Assembly (NCBI GenBank): GCA_951406725.2
Contig: OX597820.1
Span: forward strand, 109,182,001 to 109,246,000
DNA from: Octopus vulgaris
Taxonomy: Eukaryota
Length of the DNA stretch: 64,000 nt
Reading direction: 5' to 3'
In this document: in pieces, positions 24,668 through 37,484 of the stretch
Layout of the letters: each line of letters starts with the position of its first letter
Numbering within the stretch: position 1 is the stretch's first letter
Notes under the pieces: model-generated
Told to the model about the DNA's origin: nothing
Seen by the model: the letters and a program-made list of their open reading frames with translations, nothing else
Database searches by the model: none
Made by a program: the position numbers and the translations under genes

Positions 24668-27029
24668 CAGGGGTTGGATAAAGTAATGGAGACGTCTTAA
24701 AATTTCAAACAAATTTATTTTGATATGGGGTAGAACTGCCTTTGGCAGGAATTAAAGCTTGAATTCTCTGAGGTATGGACTCGTACAAAGTTTGAATTGT
24801 TTCCAAAGGAATTTTTGTTCATTCTTCCGCTAAAACAGTCTCCAGTTCTTGTAGTGATTATTGTGGAAGATATCGACTCCTTACTAGTTTTCCTAAAATA
24901 CACCATAAACTTTCAATAATACTGAGATCTGCAGACTGTGGTGGCGAGATAAGATGTTCAACTTCACTAGAATGTTCCTAGCACCATTCTGCAATGACTT
25001 TAGCTGTGTGAATTGGTGAATTATTATCCTGAAAGATTGCGTTTCTCTCCGGAAACAGTTCTGCAAACATAGGATGAATTTCATCAGATAAAATGCTTAA
25101 ATAGTCTTAACTATTAATTCTGCCATGAAGGGAAACCATTGGGCTGGTGGATTTCCAAGATATAGCCCCCCCAGATCATCACAGATCTTCTTCCATGTTT
25201 ATCAGTTGGAAGAAGGCAGTCTGAGTCAAATGCTTCTTTTGGCTGTCTACACATGTATACTCAGCCAGAGGTCGGAAATAAGGTAATGGTTGACCTGTCT
25301 GAGAAAATAACATTCTTCCACTGCTCTAGGGACCAATTCTGTAGGTGTTTACTCCACTCTCAACACTTTGCAATGTTTTTTTTTGAAAGTAGTGGTTTTC
25401 TGATTGCAGCCCTCCCATGAAATCTGGCTTTGTGCAGCTCCTGGCGAAGAGTTCTTGTGGGAACTGGATTCTTGAGGTGGTCATTAAGCTCTGCAGTAAT
25501 TTGAGGAGCTCTACTTTTGTGATCCTTTCTTACAATTTGCGTGAGAGGCCAACAGTCCCTATCTGAAAGTTTTGGTTTTCTTCTAGCGATTTGTTTTGAC
25601 AAGGAAGTTTTTATCTTTCTCAAAGGCTGTCATTACTTTTGAGACAGTACTTCTTGATGCACTCAACATTTCGGCTGTTTTCGTTATGCTAGCACCTGCC
25701 ATATGAGCGCCAAAAACTGGAACTCTTTGAAAGTCCAATCTGTCTGTCATTTTAATGAATTTTAATTACCTTTTTTGATGATATCTGAAAAGAAACAGCA
25801 ATTTTAGCAAAACATATTAACCCTTTCGTTACCAAACCGCCCAAAGCCGCCCGAAAAAAATTTTGGTTTATGAGACCAAACCGCCCAAAGCCGCCCGAAT
25901 TTACCTATTTATATTTAAATGAGAATATCAGAGCAAATCTCTTCAGTACATTCGTGAAAACACGTATTATACTTCGTAAACAGTTCAACTACAGTTTTGT
26001 ACAATAATCGAAGTGTAATTTTAATTCCGTGAATTTTGGGAGATTTTTTTCCGAAATTTGTTCCTATTGTGTTTTCAAAATTTGTAATTCTGACAAAAAA
26101 TGGATACGAATTTCATTATATCAAGCAGCGAGTCAGAATTCGAAGGATTTTCTACTGAAGACCTTCATAAATCTAACTCTATGACTGAAAAAAAAAAAGC
26201 ATGTGGTATTTGATAATGAATCTGATGTTTCATTTTCCGAAAGTGAAAACAGTGAATCTGAGATCTCCGATAGCGATAAAGAAAACGAATTGGCACCTGA
26301 ATGGAGTGAAAATTTAAAAACTGTTTCTTTCGGTGATTTTACTGAAGAAACTGGACCAAGCCACAGACTTTCCCAGAAGAGTAAAGCCTTAGGCTATTTC
26401 TATTTACTTTTTCGAATGAGCCTATTTGAAATCATTACGGCGAAAACGAACCGTTACGCTAAACATAAACAAAGCGAAAGAAACGATAGTTTGTGGTTTC
26501 TCACAACCTTAAATGAAATTAAGACTATTTTGCTATAAATATTATTATGGGTATCAGAAAGTTACCCAGAATAACAAATTCTATCGTAAAATTTTGTTGT
26601 ATACCCAATTGAATATTAGCTAATAACCCATTTTCTATAGCGATGTTTGAACAAAATTTTAATAATTTTATATTTTGTGGAATTTACCTGTATCTACCTG
26701 CAATTAGAGTCACTTTGTGACAAAAATTATAGTATAGAATTGGTTGAGAATATTTCATCAAATTATCTTCCAAAAATCAGATTAATATATCGATAAATAA
26801 AAAAGTTATAGTTGTTTAATGAAACCAGACTAAATTTATGATTACGTTAGAAATTAATTGAAACACATAAGGGGTGTAATTTGGTCAGAAATATAGTAAC
26901 GAAAGGGTTAAGCAAAAATAATAATAAATCAAAAAATATAAAAATAAAGAAGCTTTTGATAATTTTATAGATATTTCAAAATTATAATGCTATGATGCTA
27001 GGTGTTTCCATTATTTTGTCCAATCCCAC
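24668..27029 (-). mobile_element. Degenerate Tc1-like transposon interrupted by a piggyBac element
   Basis: TA plus terminal repeat caggggttggataaagtaatgga / tccattattttgtccaatccc. Transposase remnants (ITAELNDHL, GRAAIRKPLLSK). Same family at 37485 and 59378. Confidence 0.85.
25821..26907 (+). mobile_element. Non-autonomous piggyBac element
   Basis: TTAA on both sides. Terminal inverted repeats CCCTTTCGTTAC / GTAACGAAAGGG. Subterminal 25-bp direct repeats. Acidic N-terminal transposase remnant with TNRYA. The paralogous Tc1 at about 60375 has a single TTAA (empty site). Confidence 0.93.
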
Positions 27030-27140
27030 ATATATATATATGTGTGTGTGTGTATATATATGTATGTATATATGTGTGTGTGTGTGTATATATATGTATG
27101 TATATGTGTGCATATATATATGTATATATTTATATGTATA

Positions 27141-27190
<50 letters not shown>

Positions 27191-27358
27191 TGTATATATT
27201 GGCAGGGCAAGACTGCTAGGTAGTCGGCCATATGCTAGAAATAGATCATCAACGATCAAACTACAAAGAAAGTTCTCTAGAGGAAAAATTCAGACTACTG
27301 AATGCTAGACTACTGGTTTTAAATTGATATTAAAATTAATATTAATTTATCTCCCTCA

Positions 27359-27390
<32 letters not shown>

Positions 27391-27601
27391 CGCCATGTTG
27401 ATTCGTTAGCTACTGCACGCATTTTTTTTCTCTCCTTCTTTCTGTGTTTTTCTCTCTCTGTGTATCTTTCTGTTGAAGAGCGTAGGCTCGAAACGTTAAA
27501 GACTTGTTTTATTTATATTTCCTGAGCGCCATACTAATACAATTGTTCGTTTGTTTTCCACCTGCCTTCGTCTTTTGTTTATTTTCATAAAGCTTCCCGT
27601 T
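27391..27601 (+). mobile_element. Solo PLE-type terminal repeat in (TA)n with a minimal HHR-like motif
   Basis: TCTTT-CTGTTGA-A-GAGC-gtag-GCTC-GAAA-CG-TT-AAAGA at 27465-27502. A second copy lies inverted at 43160-43345. Confidence 0.65.
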
Positions 27602-27636
27602 ATATATACATATATATGTATATATATATATGTATG

Positions 27637-27682
<46 letters not shown>

Positions 27683-27832
27683 TGTATGTATGTATGTATA
27701 TGTATGTATGTATGTATGTATGTATATATATGTATGTATGTATATATATGTATGTATATGTATGTATGTATATGTATGTATGTATATATGTATATGTATG
27801 TATGTATGTATATGTATGTATGTATATGTATG

Positions 27833-27899
<67 letters not shown>

Positions 27900-28058
27900 G
27901 TATATGTATGTATGTATATATATGTATGTATGTATGTATATGTATGTATGTATGTATATGTATGTATATGTATGTATGTATGTATGTATGTATATATATG
28001 TATGTATGTATATGTATGTATGTATGTATATGTATGTATGTATGTATATGTATGTATG

Positions 28059-28097
<39 letters not shown>

Positions 28098-28268
28098 GTA
28101 TATATATATATGTATGTATATATATATGTATATATGTATATGTATATATATGTATATGTATATATATGTATATATGTAATTATATGTATATGTATATATA
28201 TGTATATGTATGTATATATGTATATGTAATTATATGTATATGTATATATATGTATATGTATGTATATG
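27601..28268. repeat. Compound (TA)n/(TATG)n microsatellite
   Basis: Seen directly. Confidence 0.95.
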
Positions 28269-28617
28269 TTCTCTAGAAAAATTCAGCAAACACCAGAACA
28301 TAAGCGGGTAAGACTGTTCTGGTATTTGCTGAATTTTTCTAGAGAACATTCTTTTCTTTGTGGTTAGATCGTAGGTGATCTATTTCTAGCATATTGGATG
28401 TCCACTTAATGGTCATCCCTTCTTATACGCATGGAATACAATTTTTATGAATTTTCAGATTTTTCTATGTGCTAGGCCACTGGTTTTAAACTAATAATTA
28501 AATTGATATTCAATTTATCACCCTCATTATTTAAATTAAATATATATACATATACACATATACATATATACACACATAAACATATATATATATATACATA
28601 TATATGTATATACATAT

Positions 28618-28684
<67 letters not shown>

Positions 28685-28718
28685 CATATATATGTATATA
28701 TATATGTATGTATATATG

Positions 28719-28749
<31 letters not shown>

Positions 28750-29158
28750 ATATATATATATATGTGTGTGTATATGTATATACATATATATGTATGTATA
28801 TATATATATATATATGTTTATGTGTGTATATATGTATATGTGTATATATTTAATTTAAATAATGAGGGTGATAAATTGAATATCAATTTAATTATCAGTT
28901 TAAAACCAGTGGCCTAGCACATAGAAAAATCTGAAAATTCATAAAAATTGTATTCCATGCGTATAAGAAGGGATGACCATTAAGTGGACATCCAATATGC
29001 TAGAAATAGATCACCTACGATCTAACCACAAAGAAAAGAATGTTCTCTAGAAAAATTCAGCAAATACCAGAACAGTCTTACCCGCTTATGTTCTGGTGTT
29101 TGCTGAATTTTTCTAGAGAACATTCTTTTCATTGTGATTAGATCATAGGTGATCTATT
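28266..29158. repeat. Near-perfect inverted duplication centred on a microsatellite, with nested hairpins
   Basis: 28266-28545 is the reverse complement of about 28845-29123. Each arm contains its own hairpin. A related repeat lies at 27200-27365. Confidence 0.9.
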
Positions 29159-29471
29159 ATGGGTGGAATATGAAATATTCCTAGTACAGACATGCCTATA
29201 AAAAGAATGCTTAGATAGAATTCAGTTTAAAACATTGCTGTATTTAAATACTGATGACGACAGTGGATAATGAAATAAAAAATAACAAACATAAGAATTC
29301 TGCATTATGGTAATTAGAAACAGAAATATAATCTAAAAAGGCTATTTTTATATTGAACTATTGGTGACTTCACTGAATAACTGAAGAATAAAAAATAAGC
29401 ATAAGAATTCTACATTATGATTATTAGCAACAGAGATTTTATGTTACAACAATTAGTCATCTATCTACTTA

Positions 29472-30747
29472 TCTGGTCATCCTATAAATAATGTGGGTTT
29501 TTTTTGTACTTCTTTTGTTTTTCAAAATTAAGATAAACAAAGTTCTTTTTTAATCTAAAATATACTTTCCTTCATTTTCTACAATGCTCTTCCATCTATC
29601 TGATAGACTTGCAAGGCCACTCTTCCAAAATTCACTTAACTGTGACGGAAAATACTCCTCCACTACTCTTCTCACCACATCTACAGAGTTCATATTTTTT
29701 CAGTCCAAATGATTTTGAAGACTGTGGAATAAATGATAATGAAACGGAGCAATGTCTGGTGAATATGGTGGGTAGGGCATCATTTCCCATTCAAACTGCT
29801 CCAGCCTTTGGAATGTCATACTCTCTGTATGTGGCCGAGCATTATCCTGATGGACGTACACCTTTTGTCTTGAAACCAAACATGGTCGTTTTTCTTCTAG
29901 CACAGACTTACACCACTGAAGCTGCTTGCTCCTTTGTTATCACTTGGTTTGAGTTGAGAAATTCAAAGTGGACTAAACCTTTCATATCCCATCAAACTGA
30001 TAACAACGTCTTATGTGGGTGAAGACCTTCTTTAGTCTGGAGTGCTGGTGTTTCTCCTTTCCCTACCCACTATCTTCAGTACTCAACATTTTTATAGAGA
30101 ACCTATTTCTCATCACCAGTCACTATTTGGTTCAAAAAAGGCTCATTCGTGAGACATGACAGTAAAGAAGATCACACATTCACTCTCTGCATGCAATTAG
30201 ACTTGGAAAGTGTTGATAACCCGTTGACCCAAATTGCTGACTTTTCCAACGGCATGCAGGTGTTGATGAATGGTTAAATAACCAGATCCAAGCTTCTCTG
30301 CTAGTTCTTCAACAGTTATGATGGGATTGTGTTCCACCAGGATTTTGAGAACATCCTCGTCGAGATCTACAGATCTTCCAGGACAAGATTTGTCTTCCAG
30401 GCTGTAGCTTCCGGCTTGGAATTTCTGGAATCACCATTGACAATGGCTTACCCTTACAGTCAGATCTCCATATATTGCATTAGTATTCCTTGCACTTTCC
30501 ATTGCATTGTTGCTTTTATGGAACTCATAATGAAAATATGCTGAATATGGTCCTTTGTCACTTCCATTATAGCTTTGAAAAAATAATTGTTAAAATCGAA
30601 CTGCACTCTTCAAAACTAGCACAAAGAGTAAGAAGGTAAAATTACTACCTGCGTTTATAGCAAGTTGGTGCAGTTAGTTTATCACATCCACTTTCGTCTT
30701 TTAATTCTTGCAGTTGAAAGAACTGCATTATTTATGAGATGACCCAA
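29472..30747 (-). mobile_element. Degenerate full-length mariner
   Basis: Termini tggtcatcctataaataatg / cattatttatgagatgacccaa with TA. Motifs HQDNARPH and PPYSPDIAP. Confidence 0.88.
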
Positions 30748-30988
30748 TATACACACACACACATATTTAATATGGAGGTTTAGTTCACAAGTGATCTAAA
30801 TGATTAGGTATACTGGGTAAGTGCTGTAACAGATTACCAGGGCTCCAAGGTCATAGCTGAGATGGAAGTTATGGAGCTGTTGTAGATTTCTGATACAGTG
30901 GATATATAATTGTTAAAAAGGACAACAAAGGTTAAGGCAAGACAAACATCTCAAGCCATATACATTATTATTATTGGAAAAATTCTAA

Positions 30989-31044
30989 GTCTTACAGTTG
31001 TTTCTGAGATATCCCAAAGTATGGGATATTCCATCATCGGAGAC
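30989..31044 (-). ncRNA. Hammerhead-like motif
   Basis: GTCT-CCGATGA-TGGAATATCCCA-tactt-TGGGATATCTCA-GAAA-CAACTG-TA-AGAC, with a 4-bp stem I. Confidence 0.7.
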
Positions 31045-33974
31045 AAATAGGGAAAATGCGAAGGGTATAGATTAATGAAATGATGACATAGAGTACAGGA
31101 GAAAAAGAATAAAGAAATGAAGAAAAAAAGAAGCATAAAAGTTTACAGTTCAACTTTCCAATATTGTAGATGTTAGTCCATAAAGTGAAATCTCGTGTGA
31201 ATCCATGTATGGGTATAGCCTTAATATTGTAAAATAGTGTAAATATCCAGAGATAAATGTGGACGTATCCTAGTTTTGTAAGAGAATGGTTGTGGAGGTG
31301 GCTATTAAGAGATAAAGAGAAAGAAAAGTAAATAGAGAGGAAGGTATTGGTAGTGAAGCAGGAGGTACAGAAATTGGAGGAGGAAAGCAAGGATTGGTAT
31401 GAAGGATAAAATAAAGTATATAAAAATATAATATAGAAAACTAAACAAGAAGATAAATAAATAAGGAAGAGGTAAAGGAAGATAACGTAAAGAAAACAAA
31501 ATAGAGTAAGATGGGATACAAAGAAAATAGTAGGTGCCAGTGCTATTTTTCTAGTTTGTAGAGGTTGGGGAGGAAATCTAGTAGTAAGTGTCTATGTCCA
31601 TTTTATGGCTCAGTTCAGTGGCTGTAGAAATATCTTTAGGTCTGGGGGTATTAGTGTGTAGGTAGTCGTGAATGGAGAAACCAGTTGAATGTTAAATTAT
31701 TTAGGAATAAGAGTTACAACTAAATATTAGGGGATTTAATAGGTTAACATTTAAAAATAAATTGAAGAATTAACAATTATCTTATAAGGTACTAAAGGAG
31801 ATAGAAGAGATATACAAGGGTAAGTATTAACGACCATGGAGGTATGTGTGTGTGAGTATTATGTGGTGGTGGTGGTGGTGGGGGTAAATTTACATTTAGA
31901 TTTATTAATGAATTTAAAAGTGTAGAACAATTTGTGTTTACACATTGTGAAGGCTTCGTTAAGCAATTGTGGTGAGTTATGTGTTAAAATTTTGAGGGCT
32001 TCTTTTAGGCAGGGTCCACAAGTGGAATGCTGGCCCTGATATGGGATGCCAGAATCTATTATAACCCAGGATAACCTATATTGTATTTTTCTATTAATTA
32101 GATGGTGTATGTGACTGGCTAGTGATGTGGAATTGCTATGTTCTTTATATTTAAACAAGTTTGGATGTGCAGAATATCTTTGTTTAAAATTAGTGGTTGA
32201 TCCAATATATTAGCTATCGGAGTTATTTAATATGTTGTGGACTGTGCATTGGTATACCATGTTAAATCTTCTGCATTGGGCTTGTGGCAGACAGTCAGTC
32301 CCAGATCTGCAGTTGCTCATATCTGTTCCACGATGGTTAGCTGGAGAGAGGGATGAGGTAGTGCTGCTATCTGTCAAGCTAAAGGCTAGGGTTGTATTAG
32401 GTGAATCATTCATGATATTGTTGTTATCATTGCCGTTATTTCTATTATCAATATGACTGCCATTATTATTATTACTGCCATCATTATTATCGCCATCATT
32501 ATTATTATTATTACTATTAGTTGTAGTAGTAGTGGTGGTGTTAGTGTTATTAATATTGTAACTATTAGTAGCATTTGTGGTAAGAGTGTTAGTAATAGTA
32601 TTATTTTCAGTAATGGTAATATCGCCATTGGCAGTAGTATTAGTATTATTGATAGTATTATTAGTAATTGTAGTGGAGGTATTAGTAGTTGTAGTGGTTA
32701 TAGCATAGTTAGTATTGTTAGCATCAGTATTCTTATTAGTAATAGCATTAGTTTCAACTATGCACCCATTTTCCTCTGAGGTGGGGATTATATGTTTGTT
32801 TAAGTTATTCAGAGTGCTAGGGCCAGGGGTGTTGGATATGTTATGGCGAGCGGTGTTAATGTTTTCATCGTGTAGGTCTATGGCAGGGTTTTGTGCATTT
32901 TGACAGTAAGAGCTAAGTTTACGTTTGTTAGATGAGGTGATAATAGATTCTATATTTTGTGGAGAGAAATTGGATAATTTTAAAGTAGATCTGTTAAAGG
33001 TTGAATGATATTTGTGGTTATGTGGGAAATTAGAGTCTACTATCTTAAAGAATGTTTTAGCAAGGCCCTTAACATTTAAAGCAAATGGAAGTGTGTACCA
33101 GAGAATAGATCTCCTACCACTTTTATTAGGCAAATGAGGGGAGGTGTAATTCCAAGTGTATGTTAGAGGAGAGTTGGAGGGCATGATGTTAGTATTCTTA
33201 GATCGAGTGTTATGTGTGTGGGTGCTAGACAGGCAAGATTGTCCAACTATAGTGGGAGGGTTTGGGTATCCAGTGTGTGGGCGCACTTGTCTAGGGTTAA
33301 ATTTAGAGAGGTGTTCTTTAAGTCTAGTGTTGGTTATAAATCTAATCCTCTGGGAGAAACCACTATTAGCTACAGCTTGGTTGTTGTAAGTAGCGTAGTT
33401 ATTGATGATTTCCTCAGTAGTGAATAGATCAGATATTCTGATGGATGTGCCTTTGATTATACTCTCAAAAGTAGATTTATGGTGGCTAGATTCTGTGTTT
33501 ATGTACATAAGGTATTGACTGGGTTTATGATAAGGGAAGTAAAGTGAAGAGTTTAAATCTAGTGTAACATCTAGAAAGTTTGCTGTCTTGTATGAGATTT
33601 CAAAAGAGATAGCTTAAAGATGGTGAAGAATTTATGTAAGAGTTTTCTAGTTCTTTCTAATGCAGATTTTGTTAGGCCCGTTGCAATTAACAATGCTTCA
33701 TCCCTATATAAACTGCCTTTGATGTTGGGGGATTGTGTGTGGAGCTGTTGAAAGAGGTACAGTCTGTTTCTATTAGTGTTGAGGTTAGCATGGGACCAGA
33801 GCTTATTATCAAAGGATATGAGAGTCTGCTTGGCAGATAGAATTACATCAATATCTAAAGAGGTTATGTTGGTTGGGTTTTTAGCTAGAGTCAGGGCGTC
33901 CCTAAGGAGGATTTGTGATACGGAGGCGTAGTAGTTGTTGATGTTAAATGTAGGTGTTTTTGTTTTGAAGCAGG

Positions 33975-34188
33975 TGATCTTGGGGTGGGCTTACAGGTAC
34001 TACACTTTGCCCAAGGGTGACCTGAAGGTAGTTACGAAATCAATTGAGCAAAAATTGAAGAGACTGAAAATTGGCAGTCAAACAGAAAAGATCCACTTCT
34101 TATTTTATGGCTTCCTTAGTTACATAACTGAATCCCAGTATTAGCAGTTGATAAAGTAGTTATTTTGGACTAACAGAATACTTTCAAT
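33975..34188 (+). repeat. Direct duplicate of 35587-35800
   Basis: Both read tgatcttggggtgggcttacaggtactacac...tattttggactaa..ctttcaat, with scattered differences. Confidence 0.9.
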
Positions 34189-34469
34189 ATAACAGCATCT
34201 TCTTGTTTAGTTACCATTCTCTTACAAAACTTTGATATGTTCACATTTATCTCTGGCTATTTACATTATTTTACACCATTAAGGCTATAACCATACATGG
34301 ATTTACTCAGGATTTCACTTAAGGATGACTTATGGACTAATGTCTACACTGTTGGAAAGTTGAGCTGTGAACTTTTATGCTTTTTTTCTTCACTTTCATT
34401 TCTTTATTCCTTTTCTCCTGTCCTCTGTCATCGTTTCATTACTCTACACCCCTCGCATTTTCCCTATTT

Positions 34470-34525
34470 GTCACCAATGATGGAATATCCCATACTTTGG
34501 GATATCCCAGAAACAGCTGTAAGAT
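34470..34525 (+). ncRNA. Hammerhead-like motif (inverted copy, G5 mutated)
   Basis: GTCA-CCAATGA-TGGAATATCCCA-tactt-TGGGATATCCCA-GAAA-CAGCTG-TA-AGAT. Confidence 0.55.
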
Positions 34526-34602
34526 TTTGAATTTTTCCATTAATAATTGAGTATATGACTTGAGATGTTTGTCTTGCCTTAACATTTGTTGTCTTCTTTA
34601 AC

Positions 34603-34662
<60 letters not shown>

Positions 34663-36255
34663 GCACGATGATGCTGTTCTTTCTATGGTTGTTGTTTTTG
34701 TCTGTATAGTGACTACCTTCTGTAGTCATGATAGCTAAGCTGTTGTCATTGTTATTTTTAGAGTTGTTCTTGTCCTTCATGATCATCATCATATCAATAA
34801 TAAAGATAAAGAAACAAAAATAGTGAGAGATACAGATAGTTAACCAAGTCTTGGACTAGGTATCACTATAGAATGCCATACAAGTTTATCTTTATTATAG
34901 ATGGTAACATTTTCCTTTCATCTGACTGGGTAATATGTAGTCTACCACTAATAACCAGCTCTTCATCAGAAAAGTTATGTTCTAATTCATCGTGTACGTT
35001 TAGTGGTCTTGTGATATGTGGTATCTAGACCTCCATGTCTCTGCCTTCAGTGTCATTGCCATCTATTTGTTTTACATTGCTGTTTTCCATCTGGTAGATT
35101 CTGTGCTTTATTTCTTCAATTTGTACCATTTTTTCTTTATCTGACTTATGGGTTGCTTAATCTCTGTTCGGTTACATCAAACACTCCTCTTTCAAGCCAT
35201 ATCTCTCCCATTCTGTCCACGCAGCCAAATCTACTAGGTTCACTTTGGATTTAACATTCTATCACAGTTATATTCAGTCTGCTCCAGTTGATCTTTCTTC
35301 CTTTCTTTCATACTGCAGTTGCTAGATTACAACTGGTCCCACCCTGCTGTGCAGTAGGCCACCTGCTGGGTGAGAGATCTTCACTTTATCAGTTACAACG
35401 TCATTCACACCATTATTCAATACATTTGTATATGACTTTTTCACTCAGAGAGGATTGTGGTAGTGAGGTGACACCAGTGTTTTTATTGAGACACCATCTC
35501 TGAAGGGGTTGCTGACTAAGGCTTAAGAGGCACCCTCATCCCATGAGACAGACTTTACCCTGCCAGACACCAACCTAGTATTTCATGATCTTGGGGTGGG
35601 CTTACAGGTACTACACCTTGCCCAAGGTGACCTGAAGTTAGTTACAAAATCAATTGAACAAAAATTGAAGAAATTGAAAATTGGCAGCCAAACAGAAAAT
35701 ACCTGCTTCTTGTTCTATGGTTTCCTTAGTTACATAATTGAATCCCAATATTAGCAGTTGACAAAGTAATTATTTTGGACTAATATAGAATGCTTTCAAT
35801 TTTGTCGGTCTATATGCTTCTTAAATCACTTCATTTCAACCATTCAAATGGTTGCATTATCTCTTCTCTACCTTTTCAACAACTATGCTATTAGTTATCT
35901 CTAATATCACACAAGTTTGATATCGTGCTAAAGATATTTATCCCTAAATGGTTAACCAGCCTAATTCACACCAGTTTAATATATTGAGGAAGATAGCTAT
36001 CTTTCAGTAGTTAACCCACTAAAATTACATCAGTTTGTTATCATGGTGAAGATAGTTATATCTCAGTGGTTGTGGATCTTACTAGAAACCATACATGGTA
36101 TTGTTGACCACTCTTAACAGTGGTAGGCAACTATCTGTTTGGCTTGCAGCATGGAAACCTTGTAATTATTTGTAAATAAAGTGATTTGTGTATTTCATTA
36201 TTCTGACTTATAATAAGTGTTAATATTGAAACAAAAGTTCTATTATTTTCTCCAG

Positions 36256-36433
36256 TTGGATGGATGACGATATGCTATCAGCTATAACCCCGAAACTTCT
36301 TGGCCAGAAACCCAATACATACACTTTCACGAAACAGTTGGCTGAATATCTGCTATATAAAGAAGGTTCAGATTTACCATTGGCTATTGTTAGACCATCA
36401 ATTGTGGGAGCAGCTTGGAAAGAACCACTTCCA
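36256..36433 (+). CDS. Fatty acyl-CoA reductase next coding exon (catalytic YxxxK region)
   Basis: Acceptor ttttctccag. The first T completes the split codon GA|T (Asp) from the 8251-8357 exon. Then [59 protein letters not shown] and donor gtaagt at 36434. PNTYTFTK and IVRPSIV are FAR hallmarks, and the phases match. Confidence 0.95.
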
Positions 36434-36449
36434 GTAAGTAATTTAATTT

Positions 36450-37382
36450 TTGAGCTGGCAGGATCGCTACCGCTTTGAACAAAATGACTAACATCATTTC
36501 TTCTAGCTTTGTATTCTGAGTTTAAATGTCACCAATGTCAACTTTATCCCTATGAAATAAGTACCAGTTGAGTACTAGGGTCAATGTAATCAGCTAGCCC
36601 CCGGACCCAAAATTTCATGCTTTTTTCTGTTATAGAGTAGAAAGGACTATTATTAAGGTTACATGCTGACAAAATCATTAGGACACTGGACAAAATGCTT
36701 AGCAGCATTTCATCTGTCTTCACATTCTGAGTTCAAATAATGTCATGGTCAGTTTTGCCTATCATCATTTCAAGGCCAATGAAATAAGTATCAGTTGAGC
36801 ACTGAGATCAATGTAATTAACTTACCTCTCCTCCAAAATTTCAAGCCTTGTGCTTATAGTAGAAAGGATTATAATTAAGGTGGTGAGTTAGCAGAATCAT
36901 TAGCACACTAGAAAAATGCTAAACAGCATTTGATTTGTCTTTATATTTATAGTTCAAATTCCGTTGAGATCAACTTTGCCTTTCATACTTCTAGGGTTGG
37001 TGAAATAAATATTCAACAAGTACTAGGATTGATATATTCAACCAGACCCCTGCTTCAAAGTTTCAGGCCTTGTGCCTATAGTTGAACAGTGGAGCACCAG
37101 ATGTTCTGTGGTCTTGCGTTATGTCTCTTTACACTTTGTGTTCAAATTTCCCAGGGTTAACTTCAATTTTCATTCTTCCAAGGTCAGTAAAATCTATACC
37201 AATCAGGTACTATGGTTCAATATAATCAACTGTACTTGCCTTCCAAAATCTGTAACTTCGTGCTTTTGTTAAAAACTATTATTTTACAAAACTAAGGATT
37301 GGTGGATGGCAGAATTGTATCAAATCTGCAGATAAAATAATGATTTGCAGTATGTTGTTTCCTTCCTAAAGATTCTAAGTTT

Positions 37383-37385
<3 letters not shown>
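36450..37385 (+). mobile_element. Head-to-tail array of about 5 degenerate tRNA-derived SINEs
   Basis: Units start near 36450, 36656, 36878, 37087 and 37295 (gagctggcagaatc..aaatgcttagc..ttctgagttcaaat..gaaataagtaccagttgag). Confidence 0.7.
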
Positions 37386-37422
<37 letters not shown>

Positions 37423-37484
37423 AATTATTGTATACAGTGCTCAATCTTTTTGGACACAATTTTGCTTTTCAGTTTTCTAGTGTA

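Larger units (their letters stand above)
30770..34606 (-). mobile_element. Naiad-like Penelope element, 5'-truncated, with inverted terminal repeat
   Basis: RT thumb, linker and endonuclease remnants (YINTESSHHK, NCRSGTDC..C..MVYQCTV, YIGST, STSLASHIH, CKH). About 30908-31290 recurs inverted at 34212-34606. Confidence 0.85.
8358..36255 (+). other. 27.9-kb GT-AG phase-2 intron of the FAR gene
   Basis: The flanking exons join to contiguous FAR protein (..IIDALD|WMDD..). The intron is filled with TEs. Confidence 0.85.

Noticed and set aside
27551-28276. Long YI/YVCM-rich ORFs here and at many other positions
   Set aside because: They are translations of (TA)n/(TATG)n microsatellites.
36260-36478. 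Stand-alone 72-aa ORF
   Set aside because: It is an internal exon. The true limits are the splice sites at 36256 and 36433.
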